From an archaeon (GTDB lineage Archaea; Hydrothermarchaeota; Hydrothermarchaeia; JALTZZ01), in the NCBI GenBank assembly GCA_027051165.1, contig JALTZZ010000048.1:1-62927 (forward strand): DNA of 62,927 bases. The letters run 5' to 3'. The position numbers were made by a program, and so were the translations under genes. The notes under the pieces are model-generated. The model was not told the DNA's origin. It searched no databases and saw only the letters and a list, made by a program, of their open reading frames with translations. Shown here in pieces: positions 1 to 9,200 of the stretch (the first letter of the stretch is position 1; every line of letters begins with the position of its first letter).

Positions 1-181
1 ATTAAGGAAGATTTAAGATGTTTCCCTATATTTTAAGATCATTTTTCTTTTTCGTGAAATGAAAATATATATTTAAACGTCCTTTTATCGGAAAAGATTA
101 TATTAGCTTTAACTGCTAAATTAGTGAAAAAATTTTGTTGACTATGTGGGATATTGTGTAAGGGGGTTAGAGTTTAAAAAT

Positions 182-3100
182 TCAACCCATTACTGCAGCA
201 TGTTCAATTATCAACTCAGAAAGTTCCTTAATAATAGAATAGTTCCTGAATCCTCTTTTCATGAGAACTCTTTTAACTTCTGCTTTTATCCTTGATTTCA
301 TATACTGTTTTCTTTTCCATTCAGAGATTTTAACGTAACCAGACAAAATCCTTGCAATCTCTCGTGCAATCTCTTCTATCTCTCTTTTATCCTCCATGGG
401 GAGATTGGGGTAAGACAAAAGAAGTGAATAGAATGCATACTCTTCTTCACTCATTTTTAATTGCTTCCCTTCTTCCTCAGCTTTCCTAATTTCTCTGGCA
501 ATCTCAACAAGCCGTGAAATCATTTCTGAAACTTCTATCAATTTTGTGTTGTGCTTTTCTATAAGTTCTTTCAGTTTTTCGTAGAGACTCTTATATTTCC
601 AAGGATTGATCCTCATCTTAACTCTCAGCGTGTCATTGAGTATTTTTGCCAGTATCTCTGCTGCAAGATTCTTGTATTCAAGCTTTTGAATCTCTCTAAG
701 GAACACCTCAGAAAGAATAGATATTTCTGGCTTGTCCTTCTTCAGCAACTCAAATATATCGATAGGCTCTTTAGCCGATATACTCTTAGATATGAGCATG
801 CTGACTTCCCTTTCAAGATCTTTTGAAATTTCTCTTATTTTTCTCACAGAATATTTGACAATCATTTTCTTTATCATTTCAAAAAATGCTAAATCTTCTT
901 TTATTGCTGTAGCTTCAGGATGCGGAGCTGCGAGTAGGTAAAGCTTTTTTAAAGCAATAAAATTTTTTACAAAGTTCTTTTTAGTATTTTTATCTTTAGC
1001 TACCCTTTCATAAGCTTGAGCTGTCAATCTTGCGAGTTCATCAGAGCATAATTCTTTCCAATTTTTGTAGTTTAATCCAGAAAAGTATGAAGAAACGATA
1101 TCATACTTTTCTTTAAGCAATGTCAGAACTTCGTTTATATCAACTAACGTTTCTCTTATCTGCTCAACTGTATATTTTGAAAGAGACTTCCTTAAATCAT
1201 CAGCTATACCTATGTAGTCAACAATTAAACCACCGGGCTTATCTTTAAAAACCCTGTTGACTCTCGCTATAGCTTGAACTAAAGAATGATTTTTCATAGG
1301 TTTCCAGAAATACATTGTATGTAAACATGGGACATCAAATCCAGTTAGCCACATATCAACTACTATGACCATCTTCAAATCAGATTCAGGATCTTTGAAT
1401 TCATCAGCAAGATCCTTCAACTCCTTTTTTGTTCTTATATGCTCCCAGAAGTCTTCGGGGTCTTTTGACTTGTTACCCGACATTACCACTACTACTTTCG
1501 GAGCGTTTGGTTGTTTGATGATCCTCTTGTAAAGCTCAACTGCAACTCTTCTGCTTATCGTTACAACCATTGCTTTTCCATCCAACTCCTGAATTCTTCT
1601 GTTAAAATGCTCGACAATGTCTTTTGCCACTTTTTCAAGGTAATCTTCTGTAAGCATTATTCTTTCGAGTCTTGCAAATACTCTCTTAACTGATTCCTTT
1701 TCCTCAGGATCTAAAGCTATTCTCTCAGATATCTCCTCAAATTCAAGGTCTATGAACTCGTTTGTTAAATGAAGCTCTGAAAGTCGAGACTCGTAGTAAA
1801 TTGGAACGACGATTCTATGTCTCCTTGCCTTTTCTATGGTATATACACTTATATAATCTCCAAAAACAAGAGTTGTTGAGCGATCTTCATAATCTATTGG
1901 TGTAGCTGTAAAACCAAGGAAAGAAGCATTAGGGATAGCCCTTCTCAAATTTTCTGCAAGCTGCCTATAATGGCTTCTGTGAGCTTCATCTGCTATCACT
2001 ATAATGTTTTTCCTGTCGGTGAGGAATGGATATTCCTCATCTTTTGACCTCCTACCAAATTTTTGAATTGTTGCAAAAACAATTCCACCTCTCGTTTCTT
2101 TTATTGTTTTTTGGAGTTCTTCTATCGTCTCGACATGGCTTGCAATCGGTAAAGCATTCGCAAATACCCCATAGAGCTGTTCATCAAGCTCTCTTCTATC
2201 CGTTAGGAAGAGAAGGAGTGGATAATCCAGCTCTGGAATCTTAAGAACCTTTCTTGCGTAGAAAAGCATTGTAAGAGACTTTCCACTACCTTGTGTGTGC
2301 CATACCACACCAATCCTCCTTTCTTCTGGAGTTCTTCCGTAGAGAATAGCTCTTTTTGTTCTTTCAACAGCTTTCTTTACAGTGTAGAATTGGTAGTAGG
2401 TAGCTATTTTCTTCACATAACCCTTACCAGCCTTGTCGTATATCACAAAATCCTCGATAAATTCGAGAAAGCGTGTTTTTCTAAACAAGCCAAGCAGGAG
2501 AACATCAAGACTTGTTAGAGTTTTACCTTTCCATCTGTATATCGCTCCCTCCTCGAATTCCTCAACTTTAACATCGTCATCACTCTCTATACCCTCCCAG
2601 ACAAAGAATCTCTCCCAATCAGATGTGGGGGAGCCGTATTTTGTTTCAAGACCATCACTGACGACGAGAACCTGAGCATACTGATAAAGCTGGGGAATGT
2701 CTAACATCTTTATTTTATGATCATTAAAAGCATCCTTAGCTGTATCTCCAGAGTTGAAGCCCTTAAACTCGAAGATTGCAAGAGGAATACCATTAATGAA
2801 AATGACAAGATCTGGACGTCTGTATCTACCACTCTCATAGTAGAACTCAACCTCAAATTGATTAGAGGCAAGAAATTCATTATTGTCGAGGTTTGAAAAA
2901 TCGATTAGCCTAACGAGTCTTGTTCTTTCTTTATTTCCTTCCTTATAGCTGAGACTTACACCAGTTATAAGCATCTCGTAGAACATCTTGCCCCTTATCA
3001 CAGCATCTGGATGATCTATACTTGAAACCATTTGGTAAACTCTTTCAGCCATTTCATCGTTGAGCCATGGATTTATCTTTTTTATTGCTGAAATAAATCG

Positions 3101-3247
3101 TTTTTTGAGAATAACATCTCTGTAGGATTCTCTTTCTCTATTATCAGGAGTAAGATTAGAGCCGTGAATGTATGAGTAGCCCAAGTTTTTAAGAACGTTT
3201 ATCGCGTGATTTTCCACCATGTATTCTTCTGTTAGATTAGCGTCCAC
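182..3247 (-). CDS. hsdR: Type I restriction enzyme, R subunit
   Basis: Nuclease motif RRPDLVIFINGIPLAIFEFK, Walker A HTQGSGKS, DEAH box (IADEAHRS), FTATP and MWLTGFD, plus QAIARVNR helicase motif; lies in an operon with hsdS and hsdM. Confidence 0.97.
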   Translation of the reverse strand: MDANLTEEYMVENHAINVLKNLGYSYIHGSNLTPDNRERESYRDVILKKRFISAIKKINPWLNDEMAERVYQMVSSIDHPDAVIRGKMFYEMLITGVSLSYKEGNKERTRLVRLIDFSNLDNNEFLASNQFEVEFYYESGRYRRPDLVIFINGIPLAIFEFKGFNSGDTAKDAFNDHKIKMLDIPQLYQYAQVLVVSDGLETKYGSPTSDWERFFVWEGIESDDDVKVEEFEEGAIYRWKGKTLTSLDVLLLGLFRKTRFLEFIEDFVIYDKAGKGYVKKIATYYQFYTVKKAVERTKRAILYGRTPEERRIGVVWHTQGSGKSLTMLFYARKVLKIPELDYPLLLFLTDRRELDEQLYGVFANALPIASHVETIEELQKTIKETRGGIVFATIQKFGRRSKDEEYPFLTDRKNIIVIADEAHRSHYRQLAENLRRAIPNASFLGFTATPIDYEDRSTTLVFGDYISVYTIEKARRHRIVVPIYYESRLSELHLTNEFIDLEFEEISERIALDPEEKESVKRVFARLERIMLTEDYLEKVAKDIVEHFNRRIQELDGKAMVVTISRRVAVELYKRIIKQPNAPKVVVVMSGNKSKDPEDFWEHIRTKKELKDLADEFKDPESDLKMVIVVDMWLTGFDVPCLHTMYFWKPMKNHSLVQAIARVNRVFKDKPGGLIVDYIGIADDLRKSLSKYTVEQIRETLVDINEVLTLLKEKYDIVSSYFSGLNYKNWKELCSDELARLTAQAYERVAKDKNTKKNFVKNFIALKKLYLLAAPHPEATAIKEDLAFFEMIKKMIVKYSVRKIREISKDLEREVSMLISKSISAKEPIDIFELLKKDKPEISILSEVFLREIQKLEYKNLAAEILAKILNDTLRVKMRINPWKYKSLYEKLKELIEKHNTKLIEVSEMISRLVEIAREIRKAEEEGKQLKMSEEEYAFYSLLLSYPNLPMEDKREIEEIAREIARILSGYVKISEWKRKQYMKSRIKAEVKRVLMKRGFRNYSIIKELSELIIEHAAVMG

Positions 3248-3250
3248 GTT

Positions 3251-4717
3251 CTACCCCTCTTCCAAAGCATTTTTAAGAGATACGTAAATCTGTGGCAGTT
3301 CCTTTGAATTAAGATATGATGTAAAAAATTTTATTGCCTCAAATCTGTTTGGCTTCTTAGATAGACCAAACATTCTTTCCAAATTAGGTGATTGAATGAA
3401 GACTTTATCATCTCCAAGAAATTCTTTCAATCTTGAGATTTGTTTTTGGGTGGTTTCGTTGCCAGGATCTTCATCAACCAGCACAAAAGTAGGTATTTCG
3501 AAAAATTTTAAAATTTCTGCTACTGGTTTAATGGCAGTAATACTCCCACAGTCAATTACTGAGATGTTTTCCTTATCTAAGTCCAATCCAAGTTTTTCTA
3601 ATGCTAAAACACAGGCTATCTTGTCTGCGGGACCTTCAACCAAAATAACTTTATTAGCAAAGAATATTTCGTTCATTTCCTCGTTAAATTTAGAGGCGAG
3701 TTTAATTTTGTCTTGATCTGAAACACTCTTATGAATTCCAGAAAATACTTTTGTTTCTGAATCGTCCTTTCTAACTAAATAAATATGCTTAAAGTCAATA
3801 ACGTTTACAAAAGACCTCTCATGAGTCGTGTAAACTACTTGAATTCCTTCGTTAGAAAGTTCCTTGAGCATTCTATAGAAATGTCTGCATCCATGTGGGT
3901 GGAGATAAAGTTCTGGTTCTTCAATTGCAATCATCAGAGGGTTCCTGACTATTTCTGCATAAGCTCTTGCAATTGCTATTGCCAAGGCACTCTGAACTCC
4001 GGCCCCCATGTTCTCTGCGTCAAATATCAGCACTTCGTTTTCGTGTAGATATGGTCTAAGATATTTTATAGTCTCAATTGGATGTTGTAGAGAAAGTCTC
4101 AAGCTTAGGTTTAATCCCACTTGAGATTTTATGTGGTCTCTGAGTATCTCTTCCACTTGCTTTATGTAGGGAAATATCTTCTCCTCAAAAGACTGCTCGA
4201 CAGTACACTTAAACTCTTCTTTAGTAGTGTCTGGAATTCTACTTTCAATATGTTTTAGCAGTTTTCCGTACAATGTCCACTGACTTGGTCTGATTTGTTG
4301 TGTAGCTTGTCGATTGAGCCCGATATAGAGCAGCAACACTTCGTTTTTCATCCTATTGGACACTCTCACCTCACGACCAGATGGATATCTCAGAGGATTT
4401 CCGTCCTCGTCGAGAGCTATGTAATGACAATTTTCTCCATCAAAGAACAAATAGAACCCCCAAACACTATCGTTACAATTCAGCGGTGAATCGAATATTG
4501 CCTTTATTTCTATTGGATTTGTAGTATCATAATTATAAAAATCGTCTTTATCAAATGAACGGACTGTAGGATAGGATTCACCAAGAATTAAGTTAAGGGC
4601 TGCAAGAATATTTGATTTACCAGCGTTGTTTGGTCCGATAAAAACGTTGAATGCACTCAGCTCGATTTCCAAATTTTTTATAGAGCGGAAATTTTTGATA
4701 GTTAGTTTTTTGATCAT
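3251..4717 (-). CDS. OLD-family ATP-dependent nuclease (ABC ATPase + TOPRIM)
   Basis: IKNFRSI start, Walker A GPNNAGKS, signature-like MGAGVQS, Walker B/D-loop IAIEEPELYLHP, H-loop TTH, TOPRIM VILVEGPAD and DxD (VDED). Confidence 0.9.
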   Translation of the reverse strand: MIKKLTIKNFRSIKNLEIELSAFNVFIGPNNAGKSNILAALNLILGESYPTVRSFDKDDFYNYDTTNPIEIKAIFDSPLNCNDSVWGFYLFFDGENCHYIALDEDGNPLRYPSGREVRVSNRMKNEVLLLYIGLNRQATQQIRPSQWTLYGKLLKHIESRIPDTTKEEFKCTVEQSFEEKIFPYIKQVEEILRDHIKSQVGLNLSLRLSLQHPIETIKYLRPYLHENEVLIFDAENMGAGVQSALAIAIARAYAEIVRNPLMIAIEEPELYLHPHGCRHFYRMLKELSNEGIQVVYTTHERSFVNVIDFKHIYLVRKDDSETKVFSGIHKSVSDQDKIKLASKFNEEMNEIFFANKVILVEGPADKIACVLALEKLGLDLDKENISVIDCGSITAIKPVAEILKFFEIPTFVLVDEDPGNETTQKQISRLKEFLGDDKVFIQSPNLERMFGLSKKPNRFEAIKFFTSYLNSKELPQIYVSLKNALEEG

Positions 4718-5976
4718 ATTTTCACCACCCTCAACCTCCCAAACACGAGCTGGGGAAGTAGTACATCCCTAATTTTCTTTAATGTTAAAATTTGCTTCTG
4801 ATTATTTATTATTTTCTTGAAGATGGGTTCGACGAGAGAATGGAAGCGTTGAATGACTGGTTGTGGTGGAATAGGTATCAAGTAATTTTGCTCAAAATTC
4901 TTTAGATCAAAACCCCATACTCCTGTTCCTGTATAGTATGTTTGAGCTATGTACTCCTGATAAGATCTAAATATCAAGTAAAGATATGATTTATAATATT
5001 CTTTTTTCGGAGACACCTTCGTTATATGGTGTGAATAAACTCCTATATCCATCTCATAATCTGGAGGAAAAACAACAAATGCAGGACTCGCTAGTAGTCT
5101 TCCAGTTTTCGTTTGTTCAGTATTCGCAAATATTAGATCTCCTTCCTTTACAAAGTGTCTTTCTTTTAGTCGATCGCTTTTAATCCACGCAAATTCTGTT
5201 TTAAACCCTCCTCTTTCTTCAATGTTATTTAGAGTTATGAAAACATAAGCTCCATCCTCGTATTTGTCTAACTTTTCACTCCCTTTGTAGGATAAGCCAT
5301 TCGTAAAGTCCGCAACTTCACCGATCGGCTTAACCTCCCATCCCTTCGGAATCTCAATGTCCAGCTCTTCGTTGTAAACGAACTCCTCATCTTGGAAAGG
5401 CTCAAAATCGATGAACCAGCTTTTGAATATCGCCATAGTTATCTTTTCCAAAATCTCGTTTTGCTTCTTCTTGTTCTCTATCAGGTCGTCGAACCAAGAA
5501 AGGACAGTTGCGATGCGGGTTTGTTCTTCTGAGGGAGGGTAGGGAACCTTAATATTTTTTAAATCTCTTTGTGTTATCAAAGGCTGTGTTGACCCCACAT
5601 TCAATTCAATCAACTCTTTGTTTCTTACACTCAAATGATAAAAATAGAACTTGATGACGGAATTATTGTCTTTTCTTTGCATGATTAGAGCATTATCGGA
5701 TACCCATATTTTATAACCAGCTGGTATATAAAATACGTTACCTAATGTCCCAACCCTTCCAGTTACTAAAAGCTCTCCAGTCTCGTTGTAGTTAGAGGTG
5801 TATCCCATCAACCCGTTTGCTCCCCAGATTTCATATTCATCATCATTGTTAACTAAAGGTGGTCTCTTACCATTTTTTACTTTGAAAAGTTTTCCCAGTT
5901 CTTTAACCTCCCAATCTTTCGGAATCTTCCCGATCTCAGTCTCCTTGAAATCTGTTTCCCATCTGAACTTTACCAT
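4714..5976 (-). CDS. hsdS: Type I RM specificity subunit (two TRDs)
   Basis: Repeated IPKDWEVK/IPKGWEVK conserved segments, PPSEEQTRIA...DDLIE coiled spacer, C-terminal IRDVLLPQLVFG. Confidence 0.96.
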   Translation of the reverse strand: MVKFRWETDFKETEIGKIPKDWEVKELGKLFKVKNGKRPPLVNNDDEYEIWGANGLMGYTSNYNETGELLVTGRVGTLGNVFYIPAGYKIWVSDNALIMQRKDNNSVIKFYFYHLSVRNKELIELNVGSTQPLITQRDLKNIKVPYPPSEEQTRIATVLSWFDDLIENKKKQNEILEKITMAIFKSWFIDFEPFQDEEFVYNEELDIEIPKGWEVKPIGEVADFTNGLSYKGSEKLDKYEDGAYVFITLNNIEERGGFKTEFAWIKSDRLKERHFVKEGDLIFANTEQTKTGRLLASPAFVVFPPDYEMDIGVYSHHITKVSPKKEYYKSYLYLIFRSYQEYIAQTYYTGTGVWGFDLKNFEQNYLIPIPPQPVIQRFHSLVEPIFKKIINNQKQILTLKKIRDVLLPQLVFGRLRVVKI

Positions 5977-5985
5977 GTCTACTAT

Positions 5986-8256
5986 TCACCCCTGTAAAAA
6001 CCTATTAAGTTCCTCAAATAATTCTACAATTTCATCTTTCATGCTCTCAGGATCGTTTATATAAATTATATGAAGTCCTTCTACTGATCTCTCTTTTCTA
6101 TCCGCAAAGCATACAATTCTATGGGTTTTTGCATTGTCTTTGATCTGATTTTTCACACTCATTACAGCATTTATTTGATTATAGATCAGTAAAATTTGAC
6201 GGCTTAAGTCTTGTTTAAAAATTACTAAAGGACTATATCTATTCAGAGCATTACGAATTTGAATTGCAGAACCACTAAATAAAGAAGGGTTTTGTTGTAA
6301 GTTTTGTAGTTGTAAATTCAAGTGAGCGTTTAGGGATACAAACATACGAGAAATGATATTTGGCAAGTTATGCAACATTACCCTGATATGGTTCTCAATT
6401 TGTTTTGTTCTGTTTTCTATATCATCTCTTTTGTAAGAATATGGTGGTTTTTGACTTACAAGATTGTTATATACTGGATAGTGTGCATTAAATTGACTTA
6501 AAGCATCAAAACCCCAATTCTTTATTTGCTGAACATATTGTGTTGGATTTCTCCAAAATTCTTCATGAGTTAATTCTTTCTGCCCTTGTAAAATTCTGAA
6601 TGCATTAATTAAAGCAAAAATATATTCAGCAAATGATTTAAAGGTATTTATAAATCTTTTTTCAAACTCTGCCAATTCATCGAGTTGATCTGGGATTTCT
6701 GAGGGGATTATTCCATTATAGTTATAAGTTCTTATTTTAATATCCATTCCTCTAATAGTAGCAGAAGTTTCACTTTGCACATTTAACGCTCCGTGTCTAT
6801 ACAGAAACAAATTAAAATCTCGAATGGCAGAATCTTCAACTCTATCTGTATCAGGATCTGTTATTTGATATCCAGTATAACTTGAATATATATTATGGGC
6901 ATGTTCAAAAAGCTTTCTTAATATTAATTCATTCTCCAACCATTTTGAAGGGTTTAAAGCCATATATTTACCTTCAAACAACACAGTAATAGCTTTATGA
7001 AATCTGGCTTTTTTAATGTCATCTTCCGATAAGCTATCAATTTCGATAATAGGACGGTTTTCTTGATCAAAACCAGTAATTCTATCTTTAATAAATTTTA
7101 TTAAATCGAAAAAGTCATTTTCAGCCTCAAACGCTATTGCCCTTTTTAACAACTCTAAGTTTTTATCATCAATTTCTTTAGTTTCTATAATTTCATCAAA
7201 AAATTTGTTCAAATCACTCCACAATGGGCGACATAAAAAATATTTTGATGTAAAATATGTATACTCTTTTGGTCTATAATAAAGGTTCTCTTCAGATCTC
7301 TCACTATAATTGTAAATCTCTTCGCCCCCAATAAAAATAAATATGGCATCTGAAAGTGTAAAAAGATTTTTAAAAAACTTAAGAACCTCGATAACTTGAT
7401 CAAGGTCTAATTTATCCAACTCATCAATTACATAAACAAGTTTTTTACCGTTTGCCTTAAATTTTCTATGTAATTGTTCCAAATCAAATTCTAAATTTCC
7501 AATGCTGCTATCAAACTCATATAATTCTTCAGCTTTTTCTATTTCTTCTTTTAGTTCTTTTAAATTTAGTTTTTTCCTATACCATAAGTTTATTGCATAG
7601 GGTAAGGGAAATGCAAAGATCAATGGAATTAATTTATTTAAAGAAGTCCAAGGTGTTAGCGATGCATTAGTAAATTGCAAAGCTACTGCAATAGTCCATG
7701 AGGTTAAAAATATCATAATTTTTATATTCGCTTCATTGAGTAAAATTTCATACGCCTTTTCTTCTATCGCCTGTCTTGAAAATTCTTGTTTTCTTTGATA
7801 ATTTTCTAAAAGTCTAAACTCTTTAGCAACAGCTTTCTTATACAATTTCGTAACATCTTCTTTGATATCATTTGGTAAGTTTATATCTTTTGTGCTTGAG
7901 TAAAGCCTTCTAATTAAATTTTCAATGATTTTTCGTGGATGGATTTTTGAATTTTCAGATTTTTGTTCTGCTTCAGCTTCAAGTTGAGCAGCATTGAGCA
8001 AGACTACTATTATGTTCTTATCTTTATTCTTTGCTTCCCATAGTGCTTTATATACGAGAGAAGTTTTTCCAACCCCTCTATATCCGCTTATTAGTATTGC
8101 ACCACTTGTTCTCCTTAAAATTTCATTAGTTAATAATTTAAGCTCCTTCTCTCTACCAACAAAAGATCCTTGAACGTGTCTATCGTCTGTTGGAGGATTA
8201 ATATTGATATCCCAATCTTTCTTTAATACGATCCTCATTTTATTTGACTGTCTCAT
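5986..8256 (-). CDS. KAP-family P-loop NTPase with two internal TM helices and a long unassigned C-terminal region
   Basis: Walker A SGYRGVGKTS and Walker B YVIDELDK, with two hydrophobic segments between them (KAP hallmark); visibly more AT-rich than the hsd genes. Confidence 0.75.
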   Translation of the reverse strand: MRQSNKMRIVLKKDWDININPPTDDRHVQGSFVGREKELKLLTNEILRRTSGAILISGYRGVGKTSLVYKALWEAKNKDKNIIVVLLNAAQLEAEAEQKSENSKIHPRKIIENLIRRLYSSTKDINLPNDIKEDVTKLYKKAVAKEFRLLENYQRKQEFSRQAIEEKAYEILLNEANIKIMIFLTSWTIAVALQFTNASLTPWTSLNKLIPLIFAFPLPYAINLWYRKKLNLKELKEEIEKAEELYEFDSSIGNLEFDLEQLHRKFKANGKKLVYVIDELDKLDLDQVIEVLKFFKNLFTLSDAIFIFIGGEEIYNYSERSEENLYYRPKEYTYFTSKYFLCRPLWSDLNKFFDEIIETKEIDDKNLELLKRAIAFEAENDFFDLIKFIKDRITGFDQENRPIIEIDSLSEDDIKKARFHKAITVLFEGKYMALNPSKWLENELILRKLFEHAHNIYSSYTGYQITDPDTDRVEDSAIRDFNLFLYRHGALNVQSETSATIRGMDIKIRTYNYNGIIPSEIPDQLDELAEFEKRFINTFKSFAEYIFALINAFRILQGQKELTHEEFWRNPTQYVQQIKNWGFDALSQFNAHYPVYNNLVSQKPPYSYKRDDIENRTKQIENHIRVMLHNLPNIISRMFVSLNAHLNLQLQNLQQNPSLFSGSAIQIRNALNRYSPLVIFKQDLSRQILLIYNQINAVMSVKNQIKDNAKTHRIVCFADRKERSVEGLHIIYINDPESMKDEIVELFEELNRFLQG

Positions 8257-8600
8257 AATTGCTCCCTCATCATCTTCAGCAGAACCTCTTTGAGCTCAGG
8301 GAGCTGTTTCTTTACAATCACCCAGATAACTTCAAGATCAACCGCAAAATAACTATGGATCACGACATTTCTTAGCCCTACAACTCTTTTCCATGGAATT
8401 TCCCTATATTTTGAGCGGAGATCCTCCGGTATGTATTTTGCAGCCTCTCCTATGATTTCAAGATTTCTTAATACAGCATCAACAACCAGTTCATTTTCTA
8501 CAAAATCCTCTAAGGTCTCCATTGAAGAAGTATATCTCTCAATTTTCTCTATAGCTTCTATCATGTCTTGGATGAACAGTTTTGGGTCTCTTTTAGACAT
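8253..8600 (-). CDS. HEPN ribonuclease toxin (DUF86/HepT-like)
   Basis: DAVLRNLEIIGEAAK and RX4HXY motif RNVVIHSY; directly downstream of the MNT gene. Confidence 0.93.
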   Translation of the reverse strand: MSKRDPKLFIQDMIEAIEKIERYTSSMETLEDFVENELVVDAVLRNLEIIGEAAKYIPEDLRSKYREIPWKRVVGLRNVVIHSYFAVDLEVIWVIVKKQLPELKEVLLKMMREQL

Positions 8601-8916
8601 AAACTATTTCTTCCCTAATGGACTCCCACAGCAACGGTTTTCTCATCGCAGCATTCTTTGTTACTATATCTACCCTTATTCCAAGCAGTTCCTCAAGGAA
8701 CTCCTTTAAATCCACAATTTCCCAACCTACAGGCTCGGAAAATTCAACTATAATATCAACATCGCTTGTTTCCTTTTGCTCACCTCTCGTTACAGATCCA
8801 AATACACCAATACTTTTAACTTTAAACTTCTCTTTAAGAATTCTATTGTTCTCTTTTAGTATTTGAATAATTTCCTCAAGGTTTTTAACTTTATTTGATT
8901 TCATTCCATATATCAC
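8593..8916 (-). CDS. Minimal nucleotidyltransferase (MNT/MntA-like antitoxin)
   Basis: GVFGSVTRGEQKETSDVDIIV (GSX10DXD motif); overlaps the HEPN gene. Confidence 0.93.
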   Translation of the reverse strand: MIYGMKSNKVKNLEEIIQILKENNRILKEKFKVKSIGVFGSVTRGEQKETSDVDIIVEFSEPVGWEIVDLKEFLEELLGIRVDIVTKNAAMRKPLLWESIREEIVYV

Positions 8917-9200
8917 CTTTCTCCCGTTATGGCTGAAACTATAGTTCCTGCAACATCCCCTATAACTATACTTGGCAAAGATTCGACAAAAAATTTTATC
9001 ATATTCTCTAAGTTTTTAGCCATAAGATTCGGATCGGATGAAACAGGAAAAACAAAGAAAATTAGAGTTAGTATAAATATAGCAGATCCAACATCTGAGA
9101 GAATCTTGTAGGGATTTATTCCAACAATTTTACCTGTAATGAAGCCAACAATTCCGAAGATTACAAGCAATATTAACTGAGTTCCGAGATCCAATTTCAC
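8913..9200 (-). CDS. Small membrane protein (2-3 hydrophobic helices), unknown function
   Basis: 95 aa hydrophobic ORF, translationally coupled to hsdM (GTGA overlap) and to the MNT gene. Confidence 0.65.
   Translation of the reverse strand: MKLDLGTQLILLVIFGIVGFITGKIVGINPYKILSDVGSAIFILTLIFFVFPVSSDPNLMAKNLENMIKFFVESLPSIVIGDVAGTIVSAITGER

Noticed and set aside
5330-5930. Direct repeat TTAACCTCCCA...TTCGGAATCT within hsdS as a shufflon site
   Set aside because: It is the normal internal duplication of HsdS conserved regions; no recombinase or silent TRD is present
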